From positions 2,882 through 66,881 of the forward strand of contig CAVPUZ010000024.1 of NCBI GenBank assembly GCA_963709055.1: 64,000 nucleotides of DNA, in the 5' to 3' direction. The notes below the pieces were generated by a model. That model saw only the letters and a list, made by a program, of their open reading frames with translations, ran no database searches and had not been told where the DNA came from. The translations under genes were made by a program, and so were the position numbers. Positions 7,856 to 16,324 of the stretch are shown here, piece after piece; positions within the stretch are counted from its first letter, which is position 1; each line of letters begins with the position of its first letter. The DNA comes from an uncultured Acidobacteriaceae bacterium. Lineage in GTDB: Bacteria > Acidobacteriota > Terriglobia > Terriglobales > Acidobacteriaceae.

Positions 7856-10111
7856 TTGGCCTCGCCCGATCCAATTCGCGCCGAACCCAAAACCTCCGGT
7901 CGGAGGAAAGCTGTCATCGCGCTCGCGATCGCCGCTTTCCTGCTGCTTGCGCTCCTCATCGCGCAGGGCTCGTTTAACCTGAAGTTCATCAGTCCAGACA
8001 GCAACCAGCAGCTCTTCTTTTTCGTCACCCTGACAGGCCTGATCTTCGCCGCCTTCGTCGCCCTTTCGTTTGTTCTGGGGCGTAATCTTCTAAAGCTCTA
8101 CGCCGAACGCCGCCAGGGCATTGCCGGATCGAAGTTTCGTACCCGCCTGGTGGTCGTCAACCTGCTTCTTTCTTTCTTGCCCGTGATCGCCATGTTCTGG
8201 TTCTCCTACGGGCTGATGAACCGTTCCATTGATAAATGGTTCTCACAGCCGGTCGAGGAGGTGCGGACCGACACGGCGGCGATGTCAGCTTTGCTCTACG
8301 ACTACGCGGGGCAGAACGCCACGTCGGAGGCGCAATCCATCGCTGAGTCGGAGGAATTTCAGACGGCCTTTGCGAAGGGAAATTTTTCCGGCGTTAACGA
8401 CGAACTCAAGGAGCACGTTCCGACGCTGATGGGCGGATTTGTCGTCGCCTTGGTCGACGGCAACGCAGCAGCCTCGTTGAATACTCCCGTGGATTGGCCA
8501 GAAATGAAAGACCGCTTCCCGCTCGGGCAGGCGCTCCGCGGAGAGCATCCTCACTTCCAGTCGGGCAAGACCGACTATATTATCGGTGCTGCCCCGGCGG
8601 GCGATGGCGAGGTGGTTGTGGCCATGCCGCTCCCCCCTAAGTTTGCTGAAACGGCGAGGCAGATTCAGGAGAGCCAGCAGCGCTATGTGGAACTCGCGCG
8701 CCAGCGCAAGCTGGTTCGCCGCATCTACCTCGGTTTCCTTCTACTTCTCACCGTGCTGGTGCTATTCGCCTCGACCTGGCTCGCCTTGTTCCTTTCCAAG
8801 CTGGTGAATCGGCCGGTTGCAGCCCTCGCCGCAGGTACCGAGGCAATCTCCAAAGGTCAGTTGGACTATCGCGTCGATATCCGCGCCACCGACGAATTGG
8901 CAGAACTGGTGCAATCGTTCAACAGTATGGCGGCGCAGCTTGAATCCAGCAGCCGCCAGATCGAAGCGTCGAGCCGCGAATTGGGCGACGCCAATGAAGC
9001 TCTCGAAGGCCGGCGCCGCTACATCGAAACTGTGCTCGAGACGATTCCCACCGGAGTCATTTCGATCGACGGGTCTCGCCGTGTGACGCTCGCGAATGCG
9101 GCTTTCTCCAGGATGTTCCACCCGGAGCGACCCGAGTTCGCCAGTCCCGCTACGCTTGCAGATCTTCCCTTGCGTGAAATCCTGCCCGCCGAGGTGTTGG
9201 ACGACCTCGAACCGCTTCTTCGCCGTGCCGATCGCATGGGCCTCACGGCGGCCAACATGGAAATCTCCTTGCCGCACGCCAAGCTCAACGTCGCCGTAAC
9301 GGTAGCCGCGCTTGAATATCCAGCCAAGCGTCTGGGATATGTTCTCGTCTTCGAAGACTTGTCTGACCTGCTGCGCGCGCAAAAGCAGGCAGCCTGGCGT
9401 GAGGTGGCGCGGCGGGTAGCGCATGAGATCAAGAATCCGCTCACTCCAATCGCGCTTTCCGCGGAACGCATTCATCGCCATTTGACGCGTGGACCCGCTC
9501 CCGACGCAGCTTCGCTTGAGGTGATTCGCAGTTGCGCGGACACGATTAATAACGCCGTCCAAACAGTTCGGAATCTGGTCGACGAATTCTCCGTCCTGGC
9601 GCGTTTTCCCGCCTCGCAGCCGCAGCCCGCGAGCCTGAATGATCTGGTAGAAAGCGCGCTTCTCTTGTTCAGTGGAAGACTGGAAGGGATTCGCGTGCAC
9701 ACCGAACTCGCGCACGATCTGCCTGCGGTCATGGCCGACCCCGAGGCCATCAAGCGCGCTGTCGCTAATCTGGTCGACAATGCAGCCGAGTCGATGCGGG
9801 ATGCCATGCTCAAAGAGATCACGATTTCGACCGCGCTCGTCGCCAGCCGGGATGCCGTCGAACTGGTCGTCTCTGACACCGGACATGGCGTTTCACGCGA
9901 CGTCAAAGAGCGATTGTTTCTTCCCTATTTTTCGACCAAACAACGCGGCACCGGGCTTGGCCTGGCCATTGTCAGCAGAATCGTGGAAGACCATAACGGT
10001 TCCATACGCGTAGAGGAAAATAAGCCGGTCGGCAGCCGTTTTGTAGTCGAGTTGCCCGTAGCTGAAATAGGCTCCCAGCTTCCGGCTCTAAGCTCTCAGG
10101 GGAACCGCTAA
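7856..10111 (+). CDS. ntrY: NtrY-like membrane sensor histidine kinase (TM-HAMP-PAS-HisKA-HATPase)
   Basis: 751-aa ORF. It has N-terminal TM helices, a HAMP domain (NRPVAALAAGTEAISKGQLDYRV...SFNSMAAQL), a PAS domain, the H-box VAHEIKNPLTPI, an N box (DNAAES) and G boxes (DTGHGV, GTGLGLAI). The start is TTG at 7856, with no in-frame ATG nearby. It lies immediately upstream of the sigma-54 activator. Confidence 0.8.
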   Translation: MASPDPIRAEPKTSGRRKAVIALAIAAFLLLALLIAQGSFNLKFISPDSNQQLFFFVTLTGLIFAAFVALSFVLGRNLLKLYAERRQGIAGSKFRTRLVVVNLLLSFLPVIAMFWFSYGLMNRSIDKWFSQPVEEVRTDTAAMSALLYDYAGQNATSEAQSIAESEEFQTAFAKGNFSGVNDELKEHVPTLMGGFVVALVDGNAAASLNTPVDWPEMKDRFPLGQALRGEHPHFQSGKTDYIIGAAPAGDGEVVVAMPLPPKFAETARQIQESQQRYVELARQRKLVRRIYLGFLLLLTVLVLFASTWLALFLSKLVNRPVAALAAGTEAISKGQLDYRVDIRATDELAELVQSFNSMAAQLESSSRQIEASSRELGDANEALEGRRRYIETVLETIPTGVISIDGSRRVTLANAAFSRMFHPERPEFASPATLADLPLREILPAEVLDDLEPLLRRADRMGLTAANMEISLPHAKLNVAVTVAALEYPAKRLGYVLVFEDLSDLLRAQKQAAWREVARRVAHEIKNPLTPIALSAERIHRHLTRGPAPDAASLEVIRSCADTINNAVQTVRNLVDEFSVLARFPASQPQPASLNDLVESALLLFSGRLEGIRVHTELAHDLPAVMADPEAIKRAVANLVDNAAESMRDAMLKEITISTALVASRDAVELVVSDTGHGVSRDVKERLFLPYFSTKQRGTGLGLAIVSRIVEDHNGSIRVEENKPVGSRFVVELPVAEIGSQLPALSSQGNR

Positions 10112-10114
10112 GCA

Positions 10115-11470
10115 ATGCCTCACGTCCTCATCGTTGACGACGAATCCGCGATCCGGGAATCCCTCCAAGGCATTCTCGAGGATGAAGGCTATAAGACCAG
10201 TGTCAGCCCGAGCGGAGAAGATTGTCTTGACCAACTTCGCAAATCCAGTTGCGACGTAATTCTGCTCGATGTCTGGCTGAGCGGAATCGATGGCCTCGAA
10301 GTCCTGGAAAAAATCCGCGCGCTCGACGATCCGCCCGAGGTCATCATGATCTCCGGGCATGGAACCATCGAAACCGCCGTGCGCGCGACCAAGCTCGGCG
10401 CTTACGACTTCGCGGAGAAACCGCTCTCGCTCGAAAGGATGCTGATTCTGGTAAAGAATGCGGCCGAGGCTCGCCGCCTGCGCCATGAGAATCTCGATCT
10501 GCGAAAGCAACTGCAATCCAAAAGTGTGATCGCCGGCGACAGTGTTCCCATGAAGGCCCTGCGCCAGCAGATTAGCCTGATGGCGCCGACCAATGGACGC
10601 GTGCTTATCTATGGCGAATCCGGTACCGGAAAAGAACTGGTCGCCCACGCCATCCACATGCAGAGCCTGCGCAAGGACCAACCTTTCGTCGAGATCAATT
10701 GCGCCGCGCTTCCCGAGGATTTAATCGACAGCGAACTGTTCGGCCATCGCAAATCGTCCTTCCCTGGAGCGACGTCCGATAAAGAAGGTAAGTTCCAGAA
10801 AGCCGATTGCGGAACGCTGTTTCTCGATGAAGTCGGCGATATGAGCCTTAAGACTCAATCCAAAGTCTTGCGCACGCTGGAGCAGCAGCGCTTTGTTCCG
10901 GTCGGCAGCGACGATCCCGTAACCGTCGACGTCCGCGTCATCGCATCCACCAACAAAGATCTGGAAGAAGAAATCGCCAAGGGCAACTTCCGCGAAGATC
11001 TTTTCTACCGTCTGAACGTGATCCCATTCGTCGTGCCCCCACTGCGCGAGCGCAAGGAAGACATCCCATTGCTGGCGCGGCATTTTCTCAAGGAATTCGC
11101 GTCCGCATACGGTCGTCGCCCTCGCGAGATCACTGACGATGCCGTCGACTCGCTGATGCGCTATACATGGCCGGGTAATGTGCGCGAGCTTCGCAACGTC
11201 ATCGAGCGCATCGTGATCATGAATCCCACCACTTCGCGGTTCGAGCGCAAGCATCTTCCGCCGCTGGTGCATCGCGACGGCAGCCGAAAAGTCGCTGGCA
11301 CCGAAGGCTCCACGCTTCACCAGGCCCGCGCCGCCTATGAACGCGACTACATTCTGAAGAAACTCGACGAGAATCACGGCAACATCAGCCGCACGGCGGA
11401 AGTATTGGGCCTCGAGCGCAGCCACCTTTACCGGAAGATGAAGAGCCTGGGAATTGCCGCGAAGGAATAA
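10115..11470 (+). CDS. ntrX: sigma-54-dependent response regulator (REC-AAA+-Fis HTH), NtrX-like
   Basis: 451-aa ORF with a REC domain (ILIVDDE...LLDVWL), Walker A GESGTGKE, an ESELFGH-type motif (DSELFGHRKSSFPGA), and a C-terminal HTH (GNISRTAEVLGLERSHLYRKMK). Confidence 0.85.
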   Translation: MPHVLIVDDESAIRESLQGILEDEGYKTSVSPSGEDCLDQLRKSSCDVILLDVWLSGIDGLEVLEKIRALDDPPEVIMISGHGTIETAVRATKLGAYDFAEKPLSLERMLILVKNAAEARRLRHENLDLRKQLQSKSVIAGDSVPMKALRQQISLMAPTNGRVLIYGESGTGKELVAHAIHMQSLRKDQPFVEINCAALPEDLIDSELFGHRKSSFPGATSDKEGKFQKADCGTLFLDEVGDMSLKTQSKVLRTLEQQRFVPVGSDDPVTVDVRVIASTNKDLEEEIAKGNFREDLFYRLNVIPFVVPPLRERKEDIPLLARHFLKEFASAYGRRPREITDDAVDSLMRYTWPGNVRELRNVIERIVIMNPTTSRFERKHLPPLVHRDGSRKVAGTEGSTLHQARAAYERDYILKKLDENHGNISRTAEVLGLERSHLYRKMKSLGIAAKE

Positions 11471-11473
11471 AAC

Positions 11474-11597
11474 CGTCGTTCGCTGTTCGTCCGCCTGCCG
11501 TCGTCTGCCATCTCGGAAAGCCAATCCGCATGGGGGAGGTAAAGCAGGCCGCAAGAGCATTTGCGAACGACGAGCGACGGCGAGCGAACGACGAACT
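11474..11597. repeat. pair of inverted heptamer arrays between convergent genes (likely a bidirectional terminator hairpin)
   Basis: 11474-11508 reads cgtcgtt cgctgtt cgtccgc ctgccgt cgtctgc. 11563-11597 reads gcgaacg acgagcg acggcga gcgaacg acgaact, which is the approximate reverse complement. The pair lies between the ntrX stop (11470) and the minus-strand stop at 11596. Confidence 0.6.
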
Positions 11598-11973
11598 ACT
11601 TCTTGAACATATGAATCTCAGTCCCGTTCTTGTGGAACTGGACTTCATCCATCAATTGGTTGATCAGAAAAATGCCGCGCCCGTGATCGGAGTAGATATT
11701 CTGTCCGTGGCAAGGATCGGCGATTTTTGAGGGATCGAACCCGGGCCCCGGATCACGGACCACGATCAGCATGCCTTGTTGCTGGTTGCAGGCGACGTCA
11801 CACTCTACAATCTTCGACGGATCGCTTCCCGCGCCGTGAACGACCGCGTTGGCGAGCGCCTCCGTCAGTGCCAATTCAATGGCATCTTCGCTGCCGGTGG
11901 CGCACTGCGTCTCTCGCACCACATTCATGACGCTTCGAACAACCGGGTCCACCGCATCGCGGTCGGCGCTCAA
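11596..11973 (-). CDS. anti-sigma regulatory factor / serine-protein kinase (RsbW/SpoIIAB-like, HATPase_c_2)
   Basis: 125-aa ORF with LTEALANAVVHG, VRDPGPGFD and GRGIFLINQLMDEV motifs. The only available start is TTG. The upstream in-frame sequence is closed by TGA, and no STAS partner gene is visible. Confidence 0.7.
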   Translation of the reverse strand: MSADRDAVDPVVRSVMNVVRETQCATGSEDAIELALTEALANAVVHGAGSDPSKIVECDVACNQQQGMLIVVRDPGPGFDPSKIADPCHGQNIYSDHGRGIFLINQLMDEVQFHKNGTEIHMFKK

Positions 11974-12190
11974 GGTGACACTCAGCTTCAGATCGAACTT
12001 TCGCCATCAACATTCGGAGACTGGTTTTCAGGCGACACCGAAGGATCGGTCATAAGTGGAGCGGTTCTTTCATTCCAGCTCGGCATTCTTACTGCTTCTG
12101 CTCTCCGCCCTCATGTAGATATGATGCACAAAGGCGCTGCAAGATTGTAGGGATTTGTCACCTTCGATGCAACTTAATTTGGAGGAATGA

Positions 12191-12718
12191 AACTCGTTTA
12201 ACGCTAAAGAATTCGACGAGGGATATATCGGCGGGCGACGCAAGGGCGAACCAGCACCGATGAGGGGCGGGAGGCAATCACACCTGAGCGTTGTGGCCGG
12301 GATCGTGGAGCGCAATGGCGGGCGAATAGTGGCGCGGGTTGACCCGATGACCAAGCCGTCCGTGCGGGCGCTGGTGAAAGAGTATGTGCTGCCTGAGACT
12401 ATCGTGTTCACGGACGAAGCTGGCGCTTTCCATGGCATCGGGACGCTGACAGAACGCTACCAGCATCGGCGCGTCAATCATCTCCAGAAAGTCTACGTTT
12501 CCGGCGACGTGCACACGAACACGATTGATGGATTTTGGAGCCTAGTAAAACGCGGAATCGGCGGGGTCTACCACTCGGTCAGCGCGAAGTACTTGCAGAG
12601 CTATCTTGACGAGTACTCTTTCCGCTATAACCGACGCGACTTCGGGAATTTGATTTTCCCCGCACTTTTGCAGCGGGCGAGTGAGATGGTGTCTCACAAG
12701 CCCGCTGTAGAAGCGTAG
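12191..12718 (+). mobile_element. 5'-truncated IS1595-family (ISXO2-like DDE) transposase remnant
   Basis: The frame is open from 12191 and reads ...EFDEGYIGGRRKGEP...VVAGIVERNGGRIVARV...IVFTDEAGAFHG...HRRVNH...VHTNTIDGFWSLVKRGIGGVYHSVSAKYLQSYLDEYSFRYNRRD, the C-terminal DDE_Tnp_IS1595 domain. The N-terminal zinc-ribbon part and the terminal inverted repeats were not found. Confidence 0.75.
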
Positions 12719-12800
12719 AGAAGTGTTCTTTTGTAAATACGGGTTCGTCACGATTCAGCTTAACGGGCGTTTCGAGACGAGCCTTAATGGGTGGCACGAA

Positions 12801-13478
12801 ATGAATATACCAAAACGCGTCAGACGCTGGGTAGCCACTGTGGGTATCTCCCTAATTACCGGAATATTTGCGAATGAGATTTCCGCGTGGATTCATCGAT
12901 TCCACTCAACTCTTTCTATGCCGCACCTACAGCTTCAAAATCCCTTTCCGCAGGCTCTCTTTTACGCGGCAGTCGCCTTCGTTGGAATCCTTATAGGCCG
13001 ATATCTGGAGCGAATTGGCCCTGTCGCGGCGATCACACTTTCACCTTGCGAGTTGCGTAAATCACCGGGGGTAAATCAACTGACTCATGTGTTCCTCCGA
13101 GCAAAAATTGAAATGTCAGGAGTGGTGAGGACGCCTGTTGCTCGGTACCGGATGGAGTTGTCGTGTGTGGGCATTATCAGTAACCCTGAGTGGCGTAAAG
13201 ACCTCGGGAAATTTGAAATCACGGATTGGGCACAAATTCCCATCCCACAAGATGATGTGACGCCCCTGCCTAGCGAACTGTTTTCGGGAACTTTGGCTGA
13301 AGGGTGGGTGCATTTCGTAACGGACTGGAGTGATAGAAAACTCTACGAGAGTCATGTGAGACTGATCGCTGAAACTCCAAACGGTTCTGGGTCTCTTGAG
13401 ATTAAGCCCGGTCGCGACAACTGGAACGTAGTTCCCAACAGGATGATAATCGAGAAATCCGTTAGCGACATTTCCTAA
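12801..13478 (+). CDS. hypothetical membrane protein (orphan, low-GC)
   Basis: The track ORF is 12723-13478. The ATG at 12801 gives MNIPKRVRRWVATVGISLITGIF... with two predicted TM helices and then a soluble C-terminal domain. I recognise no family. Confidence 0.45.
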   Translation: MNIPKRVRRWVATVGISLITGIFANEISAWIHRFHSTLSMPHLQLQNPFPQALFYAAVAFVGILIGRYLERIGPVAAITLSPCELRKSPGVNQLTHVFLRAKIEMSGVVRTPVARYRMELSCVGIISNPEWRKDLGKFEITDWAQIPIPQDDVTPLPSELFSGTLAEGWVHFVTDWSDRKLYESHVRLIAETPNGSGSLEIKPGRDNWNVVPNRMIIEKSVSDIS

Positions 13479-13622
13479 AGGATCGCGCCTGAGTTGCACT
13501 CTCCCTGCCAAAACACTGCCTTGTTCTGACGGGATATTTACCAAGGACTAGCCTCCACACGTGCTCTCTGTACGTATGTATGTACTGTCGTGCAGGGCGG
13601 GATAGTTCTAAACCGATGAACG

Positions 13623-15695
13623 CTAGACTAATGGTTTGGGCACCGGTTGAGCGGGCTCAGTTACACTCCAAGTTTGCTCAGTGTGGAGAGACGAGAGCAG
13701 TTGGGACACTGGATCGGCGGTGGGACGCCCCAGGAGATAACCCTGAATCTCGTTTCCGCCGAAGGTTTTGATCAACTCCAGTTGCTCGTCGGTCTCAACC
13801 CCCTCGACTATCACGCGGATGCCAATATTGTGCGCCAGGGCGACCAGCGAATTGACCATGGCCCGGCTTTCGGGCTTTACGTGCAAATCTCTGACAAAGC
13901 TCCGATCGATTTTCATAGAGTCGAAAGGCAACGCCGGCAAGTAGGTCAAACAGGAATACCCGGTGCCAAAATCGTCGATGGCGAAGCCGACTCCCAGGGC
14001 TCGAAGACGGTTCATGGTTTCGACCGCCTGATGCACGCCGGTCAGCATGATGGTCTCGGTGAGCTCGAGTTGAAGCAGGTCTGGCTTGAGCCCGGTATGA
14101 TTCAGTACGCTGATCACTTCGTCGACAAAGTGGTCTCGCCGGAACTGGATGGTGGAGACGTTCACTGCGACTTGAACGGGATGCGGTGATATTGCCTGCC
14201 ATTTGACGGCCTCGGCGCAGGCCATCTCCATGATGTAAGCGCCCAAGCCTACGATCAGACCGCTTTCCTCGGCGACCGGAATGAATTTGCAGGGCGGAAT
14301 GCTGCCCAGTGTGGGGTGAGTCCAACGGGCCAGAGCCTCAAATCGGACGAGGCGATTGGAAACGACATCAAATTCGGGCTGGTAATGCACTTGAATCTCA
14401 CCGCGGGCAATCGCTCCCCTGAGTTGATTCTCGAGGTTCAGCCGTTCCCGCACCATGGATCCGAGTTCGGGAGTGAAGTAGGTGGCACGATTTCTGCCAT
14501 CCCGCTTGGAGGCATACATAGCGCTATCGGCCTGTTGCATGAGATCGGCGCCATCCTGGGCGTTCTCCGGGAAAATGCTGATGCCGATACTGGCGCCGAT
14601 TGTGAGTTGGTGGCCTTCCACGAGAAATGGCGCTGCCAGAGCATCCAATACATCTTTGGCAACCAGGGATGCCTCCTCTTTCTTGTGGAGGTTGCCCAAG
14701 ACGACGGTAAACTCGTCTCCACCGAGGCGAGCCAGAGTATCGGACCGCCGGACCCGCGAGAGCAGCCGGGTGGCCACCTGCACGAGGAGGGCATCACCGA
14801 TCGAGTGGCCGAGACTGTCATTCACTAACTTAAAGCCATCCAGGTCGATGTACAGCAATGCGAGGATCTGGGATTCACGGAGTGCGGTTGCGAGCACCTG
14901 AGTGAGCCGGTCGGAGAAGAGCCTGCGATTCGGGAGTCCGGTGAGGGCGTCGTTAAAAGCCTGAAACTGCAATTTGGCTTCAGCACTTTGCCGGGCAGCA
15001 TCGCGACGCTCCAGTTCGGAGAGCATGGCATTGAAGCCCCTGCCCAAATGGACGATTTCATCGATTCCAGATTGCGACACTCGAACCGCGAAGTTCTGGT
15101 CGAAGGTGACTTCGTCCATGGCTTGTGCCAATTCGAAGATGGGCCGGGAAATCCTGCGCTGCAGGAGGGTCCCGGAGATTCCGCCCACAATCAGCGCAAG
15201 GACCGCGAGAAGGCCGGCAACCAGCAGCAGGTGTTTCCGTCTTTTATCGAGATCCTGCAGGTCGGACGTCAGAAAGAGCGTGCCTACTAATTCGGCGTGG
15301 CGAATTATGGGACGGTTGACGCTCGGGTGGCCGCGAGACGGGAGATGAAGCTGGGCGATATGCGGAACGCAGTCGGTGGCTCCGCGATCGCGACGATATT
15401 GTGCGAACAATTGCCCGGATGCATCGTACAGGCAAGCAGAGACGACCGGCGGTTCGGCACGCAGGGCCTCCAGCACCTCACCCGCCGCTGGCGGGTCGTT
15501 GAAATTCAGAGCGGCGGTGGAGTTTTGGCCAACTATGTCTGCCAGAGTCGAGAGACGGCTTTGCAACAGAGCACGGGAACTGATGTTGTCGGATACGAGA
15601 AGGGCGCCAGTCAGGGTGCCGAGCGCCATACCGCTGGCGAGCAGCCCGGTAAGTGCCATCCGGTACGCGAGACTGTTCCGCCCGGCAATTCGCAT
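13623..15695 (-). CDS. membrane sensor diguanylate cyclase/phosphodiesterase (periplasmic sensor, possibly CHASE8 - HAMP - GGDEF - EAL)
   Basis: 690-aa ORF. The GGDEF motif is intact (RLGGDEF) with an RxxD I-site five residues upstream (RRSD). The EAL domain motifs are intact (FEALARW, DDFGTGYS, KIDRSF, EGVET, QGY). The start codon is 1 nt after the upstream yfiR-like stop. Confidence 0.9.
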   Translation of the reverse strand: MRIAGRNSLAYRMALTGLLASGMALGTLTGALLVSDNISSRALLQSRLSTLADIVGQNSTAALNFNDPPAAGEVLEALRAEPPVVSACLYDASGQLFAQYRRDRGATDCVPHIAQLHLPSRGHPSVNRPIIRHAELVGTLFLTSDLQDLDKRRKHLLLVAGLLAVLALIVGGISGTLLQRRISRPIFELAQAMDEVTFDQNFAVRVSQSGIDEIVHLGRGFNAMLSELERRDAARQSAEAKLQFQAFNDALTGLPNRRLFSDRLTQVLATALRESQILALLYIDLDGFKLVNDSLGHSIGDALLVQVATRLLSRVRRSDTLARLGGDEFTVVLGNLHKKEEASLVAKDVLDALAAPFLVEGHQLTIGASIGISIFPENAQDGADLMQQADSAMYASKRDGRNRATYFTPELGSMVRERLNLENQLRGAIARGEIQVHYQPEFDVVSNRLVRFEALARWTHPTLGSIPPCKFIPVAEESGLIVGLGAYIMEMACAEAVKWQAISPHPVQVAVNVSTIQFRRDHFVDEVISVLNHTGLKPDLLQLELTETIMLTGVHQAVETMNRLRALGVGFAIDDFGTGYSCLTYLPALPFDSMKIDRSFVRDLHVKPESRAMVNSLVALAHNIGIRVIVEGVETDEQLELIKTFGGNEIQGYLLGRPTADPVSQLLSSLHTEQTWSVTEPAQPVPKPLV

Positions 15696-15696
15696 G

Positions 15697-16242
15697 TCAG
15701 TTTTTCACCTCCGGCGCCGGAGAAACGACGACGGCAATATTCAAAAGGCGGGAGCTGATCTTGAGGCGAGACTGGCGGGCCACTTCCAATCGGACCTGAA
15801 TCTGTACCAGGTCGCCAACCGTGACCAGGCTGATCATGCCCCCCTCACGCACAAAAGATTCCGTATCGCCCACCGTCAGAACGCTTTTGTCGCGCACTCG
15901 ATCGAGAGCCGCATGAATTTTCTTAGGAGAGGGATCTGCGATGTAGAGGATGTAGCAACGCTCAAGTTCTTGATCCGTGGGGGAGAGCAAAACATGGATC
16001 GGCCTGGACTCACTGGTCTTGCCATCCAGCATTTTTTTCAATACCTCGCCCATCGGGCCCTCGCCGACGAACCCGATGACCACATCGTTGTTGCCTTGGG
16101 GCCACTCGACATACTTCGTCAGGTTGAACACCAATGCCGCTTTCACGGCCAGTTCGTCATGGGGCTGAGATTGTCCGGTCCGCGGCATCAACAACAGCAA
16201 GCAAAGCGCGCAGGCCACAGGGGCCAACCGCGGGCGCTTCAC
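15697..16242 (-). CDS. YfiR-family periplasmic protein (DUF4154)
   Basis: 181-aa ORF with a GTG start, a signal peptide (MKRPRLAPVACALCLLLLMP) and the characteristic VKAALVFNLTKYVEWP motif. Confidence 0.75.
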   Translation of the reverse strand: MKRPRLAPVACALCLLLLMPRTGQSQPHDELAVKAALVFNLTKYVEWPQGNNDVVIGFVGEGPMGEVLKKMLDGKTSESRPIHVLLSPTDQELERCYILYIADPSPKKIHAALDRVRDKSVLTVGDTESFVREGGMISLVTVGDLVQIQVRLEVARQSRLKISSRLLNIAVVVSPAPEVKN

Positions 16243-16324
16243 GGCATTTCTCCCGTCGAAAGAATGGACGGTCGAGTACCACTATGCTTGCGCGGGCACA
16301 CCGCGAATTTGGCGGCAGTCCCGC

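Noticed and set aside
11974-12070. 21-codon ORF (MTDPSVSPENQSPNVDGESSI) just upstream of the RsbW-like gene, as a remnant of a STAS partner
   Set aside because: It is too short, it has no STAS-like sequence, and it ends in a different frame. It cannot be distinguished from chance.
12792-12797. TGGCAC hexamers (also at 54337-54342) as possible sigma-54 -24 elements
   Set aside because: Neither is followed at the correct 5-nt spacing by a TTGC-like -12 element. The first lies 4 nt from the start codon, which leaves no room for a leader.
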